Translations under genes and position numbers: made by a program
Assembly: GCA_017552985.1 (NCBI GenBank)
Contig: JAFZNO010000060.1
Location: forward strand, 6,980-70,979
DNA length: 64,000 nucleotides
Source: Lachnospiraceae bacterium
GTDB taxonomy: Bacteria; Bacillota; Clostridia; Lachnospirales; Lachnospiraceae
Reading direction: 5' to 3'
Shown: in pieces, positions 17,781 to 26,768 of the stretch
Numbering within the stretch: position 1 is the stretch's first letter
Layout of the letters: each line of letters starts with the position of its first letter
Notes under the pieces: model-generated
What the model was told of the DNA's origin: nothing
The model's database searches: none
What the model saw: only the letters and a program-made list of their open reading frames with translations

Positions 17781-18686
17781 ATGGCAATAACGTATTTTTG
17801 CTCGGAAGAGATCGCGGAAAAGAGTTGGATGATCAAAAACATTGGGGGATCAACGCCGGCGATCTGTTATCTTGTGGAGGGAAAGGATTATGCGCTGTTG
17901 ATCGATTCCATCATAGGAATCGGCAATCTGAAAGCCTATTGTGAGACATTGACGAAGAAGCCGGTCCGGGTTGTCAACACCCATGCGCATTCGGATCATA
18001 TCGGCGGCAATTTCCATTTTGATCATTGTTTTTTGCACCATCGCGACATTGGTTTCTTTTACAATTGCGTCGGACTCAAAAAAGAGAACGTATTCGAATA
18101 TGCGCAGAACATGGCTCCTGAGGAGTTCCGTGATCAGATGGTTCTCGATGATAATTTTGCGGACTGGGATCCCATCAAGATTTTCCCCTTATATGACGGA
18201 GATGAATTTGATCTGGGAGACAGGATCATTGAGGTTGTGGAGGTCGGCGGACATACGGCTGGCTCCATCGCTTTGATCGACCATAAGTCCAGGATCTGCT
18301 ATTCCGGAGATTGCTGCAATGGCAACACGCTCCTTGAGTTCTCAAATTCCTTGCCTGTTGTCACGTACTTGAAGAATCTCCTGCACTTAAAGGAGCATCA
18401 GTCCGAATTTGACAAAATGTACGGCGGTCACGAGATCTTTGACGCATCCATCCTTGACGAAGCGATCGAGACGGTGGCAAAGGTCGTCGCCGGGACGGAT
18501 GATAAGTATGAAGTGACGGGAATGATGGGAACACCCGTATTCTATGCGGCTGCGAAGAAGAAGGGGGAATATGCCCGGGCTGACGGAAAGCGCTTTAACA
18601 TGAGCTACGTACCGTCGCAGGTCTATGGCCCCACAGAGACAAAGCAGGTTTTTAACGCAGAGGTATTGTTCCCGGAAGAGGATTGA
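17781..18686 (+). CDS. MBL-fold metallo-hydrolase
   Basis: HAHSDHIGG (HxHxDH) motif. Confidence 0.85.
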   Translation: MAITYFCSEEIAEKSWMIKNIGGSTPAICYLVEGKDYALLIDSIIGIGNLKAYCETLTKKPVRVVNTHAHSDHIGGNFHFDHCFLHHRDIGFFYNCVGLKKENVFEYAQNMAPEEFRDQMVLDDNFADWDPIKIFPLYDGDEFDLGDRIIEVVEVGGHTAGSIALIDHKSRICYSGDCCNGNTLLEFSNSLPVVTYLKNLLHLKEHQSEFDKMYGGHEIFDASILDEAIETVAKVVAGTDDKYEVTGMMGTPVFYAAAKKKGEYARADGKRFNMSYVPSQVYGPTETKQVFNAEVLFPEED

Positions 18687-18710
18687 TCGTCGTTTGCTTT
18701 GGAGGGTAAA

Positions 18711-20906
18711 ATGATTAAGGCTGTGATTTTTGACATGTTCGAAACCTTGGTGACGTTATATCGGTCGCCGCAATATTTTGGAAAAGACATGGCAAAGGAT
18801 CTTGGGTTGACGGAGGAAAGATTTCGGGTGATCTGGGATAAAAGCGAGCGTGAAAGAAGCTTGGGGATTCTTTCCCATGAAGACGTCATCGCGCGGATCA
18901 TGGAACAAAACGGGATCTATTCGGCAGAACTGCTTCAAAAAATTACCGCGAGACGATCCAGGGCAAAGGTGGAAGCCTTTATGCATCTGCATGAGGAGAT
19001 CATTCCCATGCTGGAGGAGCTAAAGCGAAGAGACGTTAAGATCGGATTGATCAGCAATTGCTTTTCTGAAGAGACGTTTGCCATCCGGGGGAGTAAGTTA
19101 TATCCATACTTTGACGCATGTATGTTGTCCTACGAGCAGGGCGTCATGAAGCCGGATAAGGAGATATTTTACCGTTGCGTAAAGAAATTAAACGTATCGG
19201 CCGAAGAGTGTCTGTACGTTGGCGACGGCGGCAGCAGGGAACTGGAGACGGCAACGGAGATAGGAATGAAGGCGCTCCAGGCCACGTGGTATTTTGAAGA
19301 CAACGAAAGCGGCGGGTTCACCCGCAATCCGCGATTTCCCGCATTAGACCGTCCCTTGGAAATATTTCAATATCTCACATTTTTCTCCGTACTGTTTGGA
19401 ACGAGAGAACCGCTTCATTTCCGGGAAACCGGCAGGGACGGTGCGGCGTTGGACCTGCGGATCAGGATCAGGGGAAGCGTGGGCGTCTATGGGTTTGACG
19501 CAGAAAGATATTTTGGGAAAGAAGATATCTCGCAGGCAGTCAGAGAGCAGCTTCCTGGTGTCATCCAAAAGGGATTTGATCATTGGACGGAAGAAAAAAG
19601 TGTTATGCAAAGCGACTTAAAAGCAGTGCTTTATCCAATGATCGAAAAGGGGCTTGCAGACGTTGGGATCAAGGTAAAGACGGAAAACGTCGTCTGTCAG
19701 CTGACGGAAGATTCCCAGGAACAATACAATAACGCACCGGGGGTTTTGGCTTCGCAGCAGGAGAGCGGCGGCATCCGCTTACTTTTTGCGTCCGATTCCT
19801 TTAAGGGATCCCTTACCAGCATGGAGACGGCGGAGCTTCTGACAAAAGCGGCAAAAGAAGTGTTTGAAAACGCGGAATGTACGGGCATTCCCGTGGCAGA
19901 CGGAGGAGAAGGTACCGTAGACGCTCTTCTTAGCGCGACGGGCGGAGAAAAGATTTACGTAAACGTGCATGGTCCGCTGATGGAAAACGTGAAGGCGTGC
20001 TACGGAAAGATCGATGATAAAAAAGCAGTGATCGAGATGGCGGCAGCTTCGGGGCTGACGCTCATCCCGCAGGAAAAAAGAGATCCCATGCGCACCACGA
20101 CCTATGGGACGGGAGAACTTCTTCGCAATGCCTTGGAGAAAGGGTTTGAAGAGATTTACGTATGCATCGGCGGAAGTGCGACGAACGACGGCGGCATGGG
20201 TTGCGGCAAGGCTCTTGGCATTCGGTTTTTGGATCAGGACGGCAAGGAGCTTGAAGGCACCGGAAAGGACTTGGAGAAGGTCCGCACTATTGATGCGTCA
20301 GGTTTGGATTCCCGTTGGAAGAAGGTAAAACTGACGATCGCGTGTGACGTAACAAATCCGCTTTGCGGGGAAAATGGGGCGACCCGTACGTTTGCACCTC
20401 AGAAAGGCGCAGACGCACAGACGGTGGAATTCCTTGAAAAGGGCATGCAGAATTACCGTGACGTGATAAAAAGGCAGTTTGGGAAAGATCCCGATCAAAT
20501 TTCCGGCGCTGGCGCGGCGGGTGGATTGGGAGCCATGCTGATGATCCTCTTGGGCGGAACGATGCGTTCCGGGATCGAGACGGTTTTGGATTTAAATAAT
20601 TTTGACCGGTTGCTGCAAAATACCGATTTTGTGATCACCGGGGAAGGCCGCACGGATTGGCAGAGCGCTGGCGGTAAGGTATTGTGGGGCGTCGGAGAGA
20701 GGGCGAAAAAGGCAGGCGTGCCAGTGATCGCACTCAGTGGATCCCTGGGGCCTGGCTATGAAAAGGTCTATGAGCACGGCATTACGTCCATCATGACAAC
20801 GGTGGATGGCCCCATGTCACTTGAGGAAGCGATGAGCCGTGCGAAAGAGCTGTATTATCAGGCGGCGATCAGAACGTTCCGCTTGATCAAAGCGGGCATT
20901 CAATAA
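18711..20906 (+). CDS. fusion protein: HAD-type hydrolase, an unknown ~130-aa segment, and glycerate kinase
   Basis: N-terminal VIFDMFETLV and YVGDGGSRE HAD motifs. C-terminal 374 aa IRLLFASDSFKGSL...PVADGGEGT is glycerate-kinase-like. ATG 18711 preceded by GGAGGG. Confidence 0.7.
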   Translation: MIKAVIFDMFETLVTLYRSPQYFGKDMAKDLGLTEERFRVIWDKSERERSLGILSHEDVIARIMEQNGIYSAELLQKITARRSRAKVEAFMHLHEEIIPMLEELKRRDVKIGLISNCFSEETFAIRGSKLYPYFDACMLSYEQGVMKPDKEIFYRCVKKLNVSAEECLYVGDGGSRELETATEIGMKALQATWYFEDNESGGFTRNPRFPALDRPLEIFQYLTFFSVLFGTREPLHFRETGRDGAALDLRIRIRGSVGVYGFDAERYFGKEDISQAVREQLPGVIQKGFDHWTEEKSVMQSDLKAVLYPMIEKGLADVGIKVKTENVVCQLTEDSQEQYNNAPGVLASQQESGGIRLLFASDSFKGSLTSMETAELLTKAAKEVFENAECTGIPVADGGEGTVDALLSATGGEKIYVNVHGPLMENVKACYGKIDDKKAVIEMAAASGLTLIPQEKRDPMRTTTYGTGELLRNALEKGFEEIYVCIGGSATNDGGMGCGKALGIRFLDQDGKELEGTGKDLEKVRTIDASGLDSRWKKVKLTIACDVTNPLCGENGATRTFAPQKGADAQTVEFLEKGMQNYRDVIKRQFGKDPDQISGAGAAGGLGAMLMILLGGTMRSGIETVLDLNNFDRLLQNTDFVITGEGRTDWQSAGGKVLWGVGERAKKAGVPVIALSGSLGPGYEKVYEHGITSIMTTVDGPMSLEEAMSRAKELYYQAAIRTFRLIKAGIQ

Positions 20907-20925
20907 GACTAGGGAGGAGAGCAAG

Positions 20926-21363
20926 ATGGAACGGCAAAAGAAACCGGAAGTAGTCTATCACGGAAGTCAGTACTTATTTGACGTGGTAAAGCCCATGCAG
21001 GCCCATGGACAATGTGAAGCGGAAGCGCAGACGGGAATCTATGCCGCCGCGACAAAGGAAGAAGTCATTCCGTTTGCCATGCCGTTCCGATGGTATCCGG
21101 ACTCGCCTGAGGGGAAGCTAAGGTTTGACAGCGACGGGATCAACAGCTTCTTGCAGTATGGTTCGATCGATCCAAACGGAAAGGGATATATCTACGTTCT
21201 GCCGTCGGATACGTTTGAACTTGTGGATCAGTGGGAATGGGTTTCCAGGGTGGAAGTAAAGCCCATCGAGGTCATTGAAGTTAGCGTCAAGGATTATTGG
21301 CATACCATTACCTTTTCGGAGGAGGCGAAGGAGATCCAAAGAAAGCTGTACGGAGCTGTTTAA
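20926..21363 (+). CDS. hypothetical protein with an HGS...Y module
   Basis: 145 aa with RBS GGGAGGAG. Paralogous to the C-terminus of 11301-12221. Confidence 0.65.
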   Translation: MERQKKPEVVYHGSQYLFDVVKPMQAHGQCEAEAQTGIYAAATKEEVIPFAMPFRWYPDSPEGKLRFDSDGINSFLQYGSIDPNGKGYIYVLPSDTFELVDQWEWVSRVEVKPIEVIEVSVKDYWHTITFSEEAKEIQRKLYGAV

Positions 21364-21431
21364 TTTAGAGCTAAGGTTATGGTATGTGGCGGATTCAGGT
21401 ACAGCGGGGAAGCCCGTTAGGAGGTTGAGGA

Positions 21432-21917
21432 ATGGACGAAAAGCAGGAATATTACGTTCGCAGGAGAAGCAGGGCCGTGGCGATCGTTGTCCGGGACGGA
21501 AAGATTTTGATGGAGCGAGTGTTTTATTTTGGACGCGAGTTTTATACGGTTCCCGGCGGGGGAATTGAACCGGGCGAGACGCCAGAGCAGGCAGCGATCC
21601 GGGAGTTGAAGGAAGAATGTGGTCTTGACGGAAGGATCGTAAAGCCCTTGAGTACGGTTCATAAAGAGAATGGCAGCGCGGAATATTCCTTTGAGGTGGA
21701 AGTGTCAAAGGATCAGGAAGCGATCACGGGATATGATCCTGAGGAATCCACGGAGAACCCTCCGCTCAAGGAGGTACTTTGGCTTGGCCTGGATGAGATC
21801 AGTGAGAAGGACAGGGCTTTTCTTTGGGCCTATGGGCTGATGCAGGTGGAGGGATTCTTTGAAATCATTCAGGGTTGGGGCGACGAGATCAGTTATCCGG
21901 GCGCAAATAAGGAGTGA
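21432..21917 (+). CDS. NUDIX hydrolase
   Basis: Nudix box GGGIEPGETPEQAAIRELKEECGL. Confidence 0.9.
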   Translation: MDEKQEYYVRRRSRAVAIVVRDGKILMERVFYFGREFYTVPGGGIEPGETPEQAAIRELKEECGLDGRIVKPLSTVHKENGSAEYSFEVEVSKDQEAITGYDPEESTENPPLKEVLWLGLDEISEKDRAFLWAYGLMQVEGFFEIIQGWGDEISYPGANKE

Positions 21918-21923
21918 CGGACG

Positions 21924-22862
21924 ATGAGCTTATTTTATGAAAAAGAGGGCATTTCGATCTATCAGGAGGATAATCTGGAGCTGCTTCGGACGCTTCCGGA
22001 GGGATGCGTTAACTTGATTTATTGCGACATTCTGTATAATACCGGGAAGGCGTTTGATGATTATTCCGATGACCTTGGGAATCCGGAGGAGGCGACGGAG
22101 TGGTACAGGCCGCGCATTCAGGAGATGAAGCGCGTGCTTGCTTCAAACGGCAGCATTTTCATTCATTGCAATTGGCGCATGGATTCCTATATGCGCATCC
22201 TGATGGATGAGATCTTTGGGACGAATTGTTTTCGAAACAGAATCTATCGTCAGCACAGCAAGGAAAGAGGTTTCTATGCCAATTTTGATTCCCAGGTGGA
22301 TGTCATCCTGTACTACGTAAAAAACCCGCGAAGCTTTGTGTTTCATGAGCTTCGCGGCGATTCCAGGCGGATTGTCCCGCTTTTTGAAAACGGGGATTTG
22401 GAAGGAAGGGACGACGTTCGCTGCATTGACGGGAACGTTATCGACTTGAAGGCTTTGAATAAGCATTGGCTTGTGAGCGTGCCACAGTTTGAACGCCTGA
22501 AAGAGGCGGGAGAGGTGCAGCTCATCAAAGGATTGCCCTACCGCTTTTCCAACGTGATTCCGGTTGGAAATCTTTGGAATGAGCCGGAAATGCTAGATAC
22601 TTATGCGAGGACGGACGTGGCGGATGCCTATGACACGCCAAAGCCTGAAGCCGTATTGGACAGGATCATTCGCATCGCGTCTGATCCGGATGACGTGGTC
22701 GCGGATTTCTTTTTGGGCGGAGGGACAACGGCGGTTGTTGCGAAAAAACTTGGAAGACGCTTTATTGGGTGTGACATATCGGCGAAGGCATGCGAAGTAA
22801 CCACCAAAAAGCTTGGGGTCGAAGGAACCGTCCCCCATGACCCAAGGAGGGCAAGAGAATGA
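21924..22862 (+). CDS. beta-class N6/N4 amino-methyltransferase-like protein with a non-canonical catalytic motif
   Basis: IYCDILYNTG sits where DPPY is expected. C-terminal SAM motif VVADFFLGGGTTAVVA. No restriction endonuclease nearby. Confidence 0.7.
   Translation: MSLFYEKEGISIYQEDNLELLRTLPEGCVNLIYCDILYNTGKAFDDYSDDLGNPEEATEWYRPRIQEMKRVLASNGSIFIHCNWRMDSYMRILMDEIFGTNCFRNRIYRQHSKERGFYANFDSQVDVILYYVKNPRSFVFHELRGDSRRIVPLFENGDLEGRDDVRCIDGNVIDLKALNKHWLVSVPQFERLKEAGEVQLIKGLPYRFSNVIPVGNLWNEPEMLDTYARTDVADAYDTPKPEAVLDRIIRIASDPDDVVADFFLGGGTTAVVAKKLGRRFIGCDISAKACEVTTKKLGVEGTVPHDPRRARE
22816..22843 (+). repeat. junction hairpin element lying inside the 3' end of the methyltransferase CDS
   Basis: GGGTCGAAGGAACCGTCCCCCATGACCC followed by AAGGAGGG and ATG. 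Closely parallels the copy at 16771. Confidence 0.5.
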
Positions 22863-23224
22863 AGAAATGGTATGATGAAGAATATGAATTCACGGTAGAG
22901 GTAACGGGTTTTCTTCACGGGGATCACACGGAACACTATTGCCGTAACGGTGAAGAGATTGGGGATACGTACAAGTGTACTTACGGTTGTCCCGTAAATC
23001 AGGACGGATGTGGGATCTGCTCCAAGACGATGATGATGCTCTATCCGTTAATGGAGGCGGTCAGAAGCGGCGGCGATCTTGAGAACTTGGGCGGTGACGG
23101 CAAGTATTCCAAAACCGTCGTATGTCCGGATGGCTGCGTGATATTTAAGCTGACGGCCAAGCCTCTTGGAAATGAGAATTTTCACAAGGGCGGATTTTGG
23201 AGTTATCCGGATGAAACGACTTAA
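22859..23224 (+). CDS. small Cys-rich protein (TIGR04076-like)
   Basis: 121 aa with 9 Cys (YCRNGEE..YKCTYGCPVNQDGCGICS..VCPDGCVIF). ATGA overlap with the methyltransferase stop. Confidence 0.55.
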   Translation: MKKWYDEEYEFTVEVTGFLHGDHTEHYCRNGEEIGDTYKCTYGCPVNQDGCGICSKTMMMLYPLMEAVRSGGDLENLGGDGKYSKTVVCPDGCVIFKLTAKPLGNENFHKGGFWSYPDETT

Positions 23225-23241
23225 CGCGTAAGGCACAAGGA

Positions 23242-23805
23242 TTGGAAAGGAGAACCGGCAAATTGGAGCTTTGGGATTTGTATGATCGTGACGGAAAAGT
23301 GACCGGGGAAACCTGGGAGAGAAAGCATGGGAATTATCAGATCATCCCGGATGGCCGGTATCACATGGTTTGTGATATCTTGGTACGACACGTTGACGGC
23401 ACGTATTTGTTGACAAAACGGGATATGAGCAAGGACGTCTATCCTGGTTATTGGGAGGCAAGCGCCGGTGGTTCGGCAGTTGCGGGAGAGGATCCCATTA
23501 CGTGTGCGAAGCGGGAATTATTTGAAGAGACTGGCATTACGGCCGAGGAATTTCAGTTGGTCGGTCACAGCTTCCGGGACAAGAGCCACAGCATGTTTTA
23601 TTCCTATCTGGTGACCGTGGACTGTCCAAAGGATTCCATCGTACTGCAAGAGGGTGAGACAACGGAATACCGATGGGTTGACGCCATGGGGCTCTTGGAA
23701 TACGTGGATTCTGAGCTTGCGATAAAGACGCATAATGACAGATATGCGGCGTATTTCGCCATGCTGCGCGAAGAAAAAGACGTTGACGAAGGTGGAGAAA
23801 GATGA
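23242..23805 (+). CDS. NUDIX hydrolase
   Basis: Nudix box GGSAVAGEDPITCAKRELFEETGI. TTG start is uncertain (23242 or 23263). Confidence 0.8.
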   Translation: MERRTGKLELWDLYDRDGKVTGETWERKHGNYQIIPDGRYHMVCDILVRHVDGTYLLTKRDMSKDVYPGYWEASAGGSAVAGEDPITCAKRELFEETGITAEEFQLVGHSFRDKSHSMFYSYLVTVDCPKDSIVLQEGETTEYRWVDAMGLLEYVDSELAIKTHNDRYAAYFAMLREEKDVDEGGER

Positions 23806-24989
23806 AGGTTTTGATCATTCCCATGGCGGCCATGGCAGAGACGGCGGGGCCCGGCAGCAGGTGTAAGCTCCTGGCGGAAGCGTTTTGCAGGGCTGGAATG
23901 GAAGTCTGTACCCGCATGGCCAGGGACGTGAATTTTGCGGAGATCGATGACGTAAGGAATTATGCGCTTGACGTGCCAACGCCCATGGGCATGCCAAGCA
24001 TTACGGCAAACCTATTTTTCCCGCTGGTGCAAAAGCTCGGGATCACCGCGAGAAAAACGGTGAAAAGCTTTGACCAGGTGTTGTTTTTTACGGGAAATCT
24101 AGACAAGAGATATCTTCGAAGGAGCGTTGAAAGCATTCGCGCAGCCATCCGGGATTTCCGTCCGGACGTTGTGTACAGTGAATTTAACGTTTCGGCGATC
24201 ATCGCGGCAAAGCTTGAAAACGTAAGACTTTTTACGACGGTGAGTTTTCCGACCCAGAAGGAATATGCCTGTGAGCCGAAGCTGGCAAAGGGATTGAACC
24301 AACTGCTCGCGGAGTGGAAGCTTCCGGCAACGTCATCGGCGTTGGAATTGTTTGAGTGGGCGGACGAATGCTTTTGTCCCAGCATTCCGGAACTGGAACC
24401 CTTCGAGAAGAAAAACGTTGTTTTTCTTGGGGCACTGAAACATCATGAAATGAAAAAGGATGGAAAGCGCGACAAGATCATTGTTTATATGGGGAATGGG
24501 ACCATTTCCGCTTCCAAAATGCTAAAGGAAGTTAAAGCGGCATTTGATCGCGCGCCGTATCAGATCTACGTGGCATCGAAGTCGTTGGAGCCCATGGAGG
24601 CGGGAAATCTTCACGTCGCGCCGAGATGGGATTTCAACAAGCTGCTGGATGAGGCGGTGTTGTTTCTCAATCACGGCGGGCAAAACAGCATGGTGGACGG
24701 GCTGCTTCACGGCGTGCCGCAGATCATGGTTCCCGGAAAGGTTTTTGAGAGACAATACAATGCGAGATCCCTGGAAAAGGCGGGAGCGGGAAAGCTGCTC
24801 TCCCATGAAGAATTTCGCAGCGACGTGATCCGAAGGCTGGCAGAGGAGACCATTGCTTCGGAGGAAATGCGTGAAAGGGCATGCATGATGGGAGAAAAAA
24901 TGATGCAGGCCGGCGGCGTTCAAAATTTGGTTGCACGTTTGAGAGGAGAGAAAGATGGTAGGATTGATCGTGGCGCGTTCGAAGAATAA
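23802..24989 (+). CDS. GT1-family (MGT/UDP-glycosyltransferase-like) glycosyltransferase
   Basis: C-terminal donor-binding segment NHGGQNSMVDGLLHGVPQIMVPG..QYNA. ATGA overlap with the upstream gene. Confidence 0.7.
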   Translation: MKVLIIPMAAMAETAGPGSRCKLLAEAFCRAGMEVCTRMARDVNFAEIDDVRNYALDVPTPMGMPSITANLFFPLVQKLGITARKTVKSFDQVLFFTGNLDKRYLRRSVESIRAAIRDFRPDVVYSEFNVSAIIAAKLENVRLFTTVSFPTQKEYACEPKLAKGLNQLLAEWKLPATSSALELFEWADECFCPSIPELEPFEKKNVVFLGALKHHEMKKDGKRDKIIVYMGNGTISASKMLKEVKAAFDRAPYQIYVASKSLEPMEAGNLHVAPRWDFNKLLDEAVLFLNHGGQNSMVDGLLHGVPQIMVPGKVFERQYNARSLEKAGAGKLLSHEEFRSDVIRRLAEETIASEEMRERACMMGEKMMQAGGVQNLVARLRGEKDGRIDRGAFEE

Positions 24990-25938
24990 CGTGATCGGAA
25001 AGAATGGACAGATTCCCTGGAGAATCAAGGGAGAGCAGAAACAGTTTAAGGAATTGACGACGGGAAATGCCATTGTGATGGGAAGAAAATCCTATGAAGA
25101 GATTGGGCATCCCCTGCCCAACCGGTTGAATATCATTGTGTCGAGAACGAAGAAATTCGAGGGGGAGAACTTGATCACGGCTTCTTCCGTGCAGGAGGCC
25201 ATCGCCCTTGCAAAAGAAAAAGACGAGAACCTGAACGTATATATTGCGGGTGGTTACGGGCTGTACAAGGAAGCGATTCCCTTTGTTGACAAGATGTATA
25301 TTACGGAAGTTGACCTTGTCGTAGAGGACGGGGACGTGTTCTTCCCGGAGTTTGACGCTGATGAATTTGATCTTGAGATCGGTGAGACTGGCGGGGAGGA
25401 GATCAAGTTCACGCGCACGGTCTACGTGAGACGTGCAGGTGAAAAGGCGAAAGATAAGGCAGATGCAGCGCAGATCACATACAAAAGGCTGACGGAAGCG
25501 GAGCTGGAAACGTTTATCAACATGCGGATCACCCAGCTGACGGAGGAATATGAAGTAGAGGGAAAGAGGCCGCCGGAGGACGTGAACCTTAAGACGGCAC
25601 TGGAGGATTTTTATCACAGACACATGGCGGACGGCACGTTTGTTTCCTGGCTTGCGCTGGATGGGGACAAGATCATTGGTACGAGCGGCATGTCCTTTGT
25701 GGAAAAGCCCCCGTATTTTAGCTGCCCGACGGGAAGACTTGGACTGTTGTCCAGCATGTTTACGAATCCCAATTACAGGCGCATGGGCATTGCAAAGGAA
25801 TTGCTCCACCGGGTTGTGGAGGAGGCGAGGAGCTATGGCTGCGGAGCCGTATGGATCACCGCTTCCAACATGGGCGTAAAGCTTTATACGGCATATGGGT
25901 TCGAGCATAACGGGAACTTTATGCAGTATAAGCTGTAA
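24955..25938 (+). CDS. dihydrofolate reductase fused to a GNAT acetyltransferase
   Basis: N-terminal 160 aa MVGLIVARSKNNVIGKNGQIPWRIKGEQKQFKELTTGNAIVMGRKSYEEIG is DHFR. A Lys/Ala-rich linker follows, then a GNAT domain (NPNYRRMGIAKELL). Confidence 0.8.
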   Translation: MVGLIVARSKNNVIGKNGQIPWRIKGEQKQFKELTTGNAIVMGRKSYEEIGHPLPNRLNIIVSRTKKFEGENLITASSVQEAIALAKEKDENLNVYIAGGYGLYKEAIPFVDKMYITEVDLVVEDGDVFFPEFDADEFDLEIGETGGEEIKFTRTVYVRRAGEKAKDKADAAQITYKRLTEAELETFINMRITQLTEEYEVEGKRPPEDVNLKTALEDFYHRHMADGTFVSWLALDGDKIIGTSGMSFVEKPPYFSCPTGRLGLLSSMFTNPNYRRMGIAKELLHRVVEEARSYGCGAVWITASNMGVKLYTAYGFEHNGNFMQYKL

Positions 25939-26010
25939 TCCATAATAAGCGAATGCGATGCGGTTGCACGGTTGCAGTAAGCCTTCGCAAGATGAGAAGG
26001 GAGACCAAAG

Positions 26011-26736
26011 ATGACAAAGCCTAAAATGCTTCTCTTTGATTATGGGCAGACGCTGGTGGCGGAGGCGCCATTTGACGGCGTCAAGGGCACGGCGGCAGTC
26101 ATGCGGCATGCCGTGAGAAATAAGTATGGTAAGACGCCCGAGGAAGTGCAAGCCTACGCGGACAAGCTCAATCAGGAGATCGGACGCTTTGATCCGGGAA
26201 AGCGGCATTTGTTTCAGTATGAGATGCCGAACCGCATGTTCTCCCGGTTTTTGTACGAATCCCAGGGGATTGAGATCGACCTGAGTCCGGAGGAGTGCGA
26301 CACCGTGTTCTGGGATGCCGCGGCGCCCGGAAAGCCTACGGAAGGAATCAGGGAATTCCTTTCCTTCTTAAGGGAAAACCAGATCCGCACGGCCGTCCTT
26401 AGTAACATTTCTTACAGCGGGAAAGCTGTTGAAAGAAGAATCCGGGAATGCATTCCGGATCATGAGTTTGAGTTTTTGATCGCGACCAGCGAGTACTTAT
26501 ACCGCAAGCCAAACCGTCATATTTTTGAGCTTGCGTTGGAGAAGGCGGAGCTCAGATCTGAGGAGGTATGGTACGTCGGGGATCAATACCGGTGTGACGT
26601 CGAGGGCGCAAAAGGAGCGGGATTATTCCCTATATGGTATATTGGTTCGATCGATCTCAAATACGAGCCTGCCGATGACGTCATGACGATCAAAAGCTGG
26701 CAGGAACTAAAGAAGTATATGCAAAATGAAGCGTGA
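26011..26736 (+). CDS. HAD family hydrolase
   Basis: LLFDYGQTLV motif I, LSNISYS motif II, YVGDQYRCDVEGA motif IV. Confidence 0.75.
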   Translation: MTKPKMLLFDYGQTLVAEAPFDGVKGTAAVMRHAVRNKYGKTPEEVQAYADKLNQEIGRFDPGKRHLFQYEMPNRMFSRFLYESQGIEIDLSPEECDTVFWDAAAPGKPTEGIREFLSFLRENQIRTAVLSNISYSGKAVERRIRECIPDHEFEFLIATSEYLYRKPNRHIFELALEKAELRSEEVWYVGDQYRCDVEGAKGAGLFPIWYIGSIDLKYEPADDVMTIKSWQELKKYMQNEA

Positions 26737-26768
26737 GGTAATGCGCTGGACAAAAGGGGAACCGGCAG

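Noticed and set aside
24724-26208. 494-aa minus-strand ORF. Similar long antisense ORFs lie at 121-1149, 5117-5767, 6307-7482, 15355-16293, 35758-36588, 40112-40780, 41240-42070 and 48205-49149.
   Set aside because: Each lies antisense to a + strand gene that has clear family motifs (DHFR/GNAT, ABC, racemase, GGDEF, RR, AAA+). The translations are Arg/Pro/His-rich with no recognisable motifs and no RBS. They are shadow ORFs.
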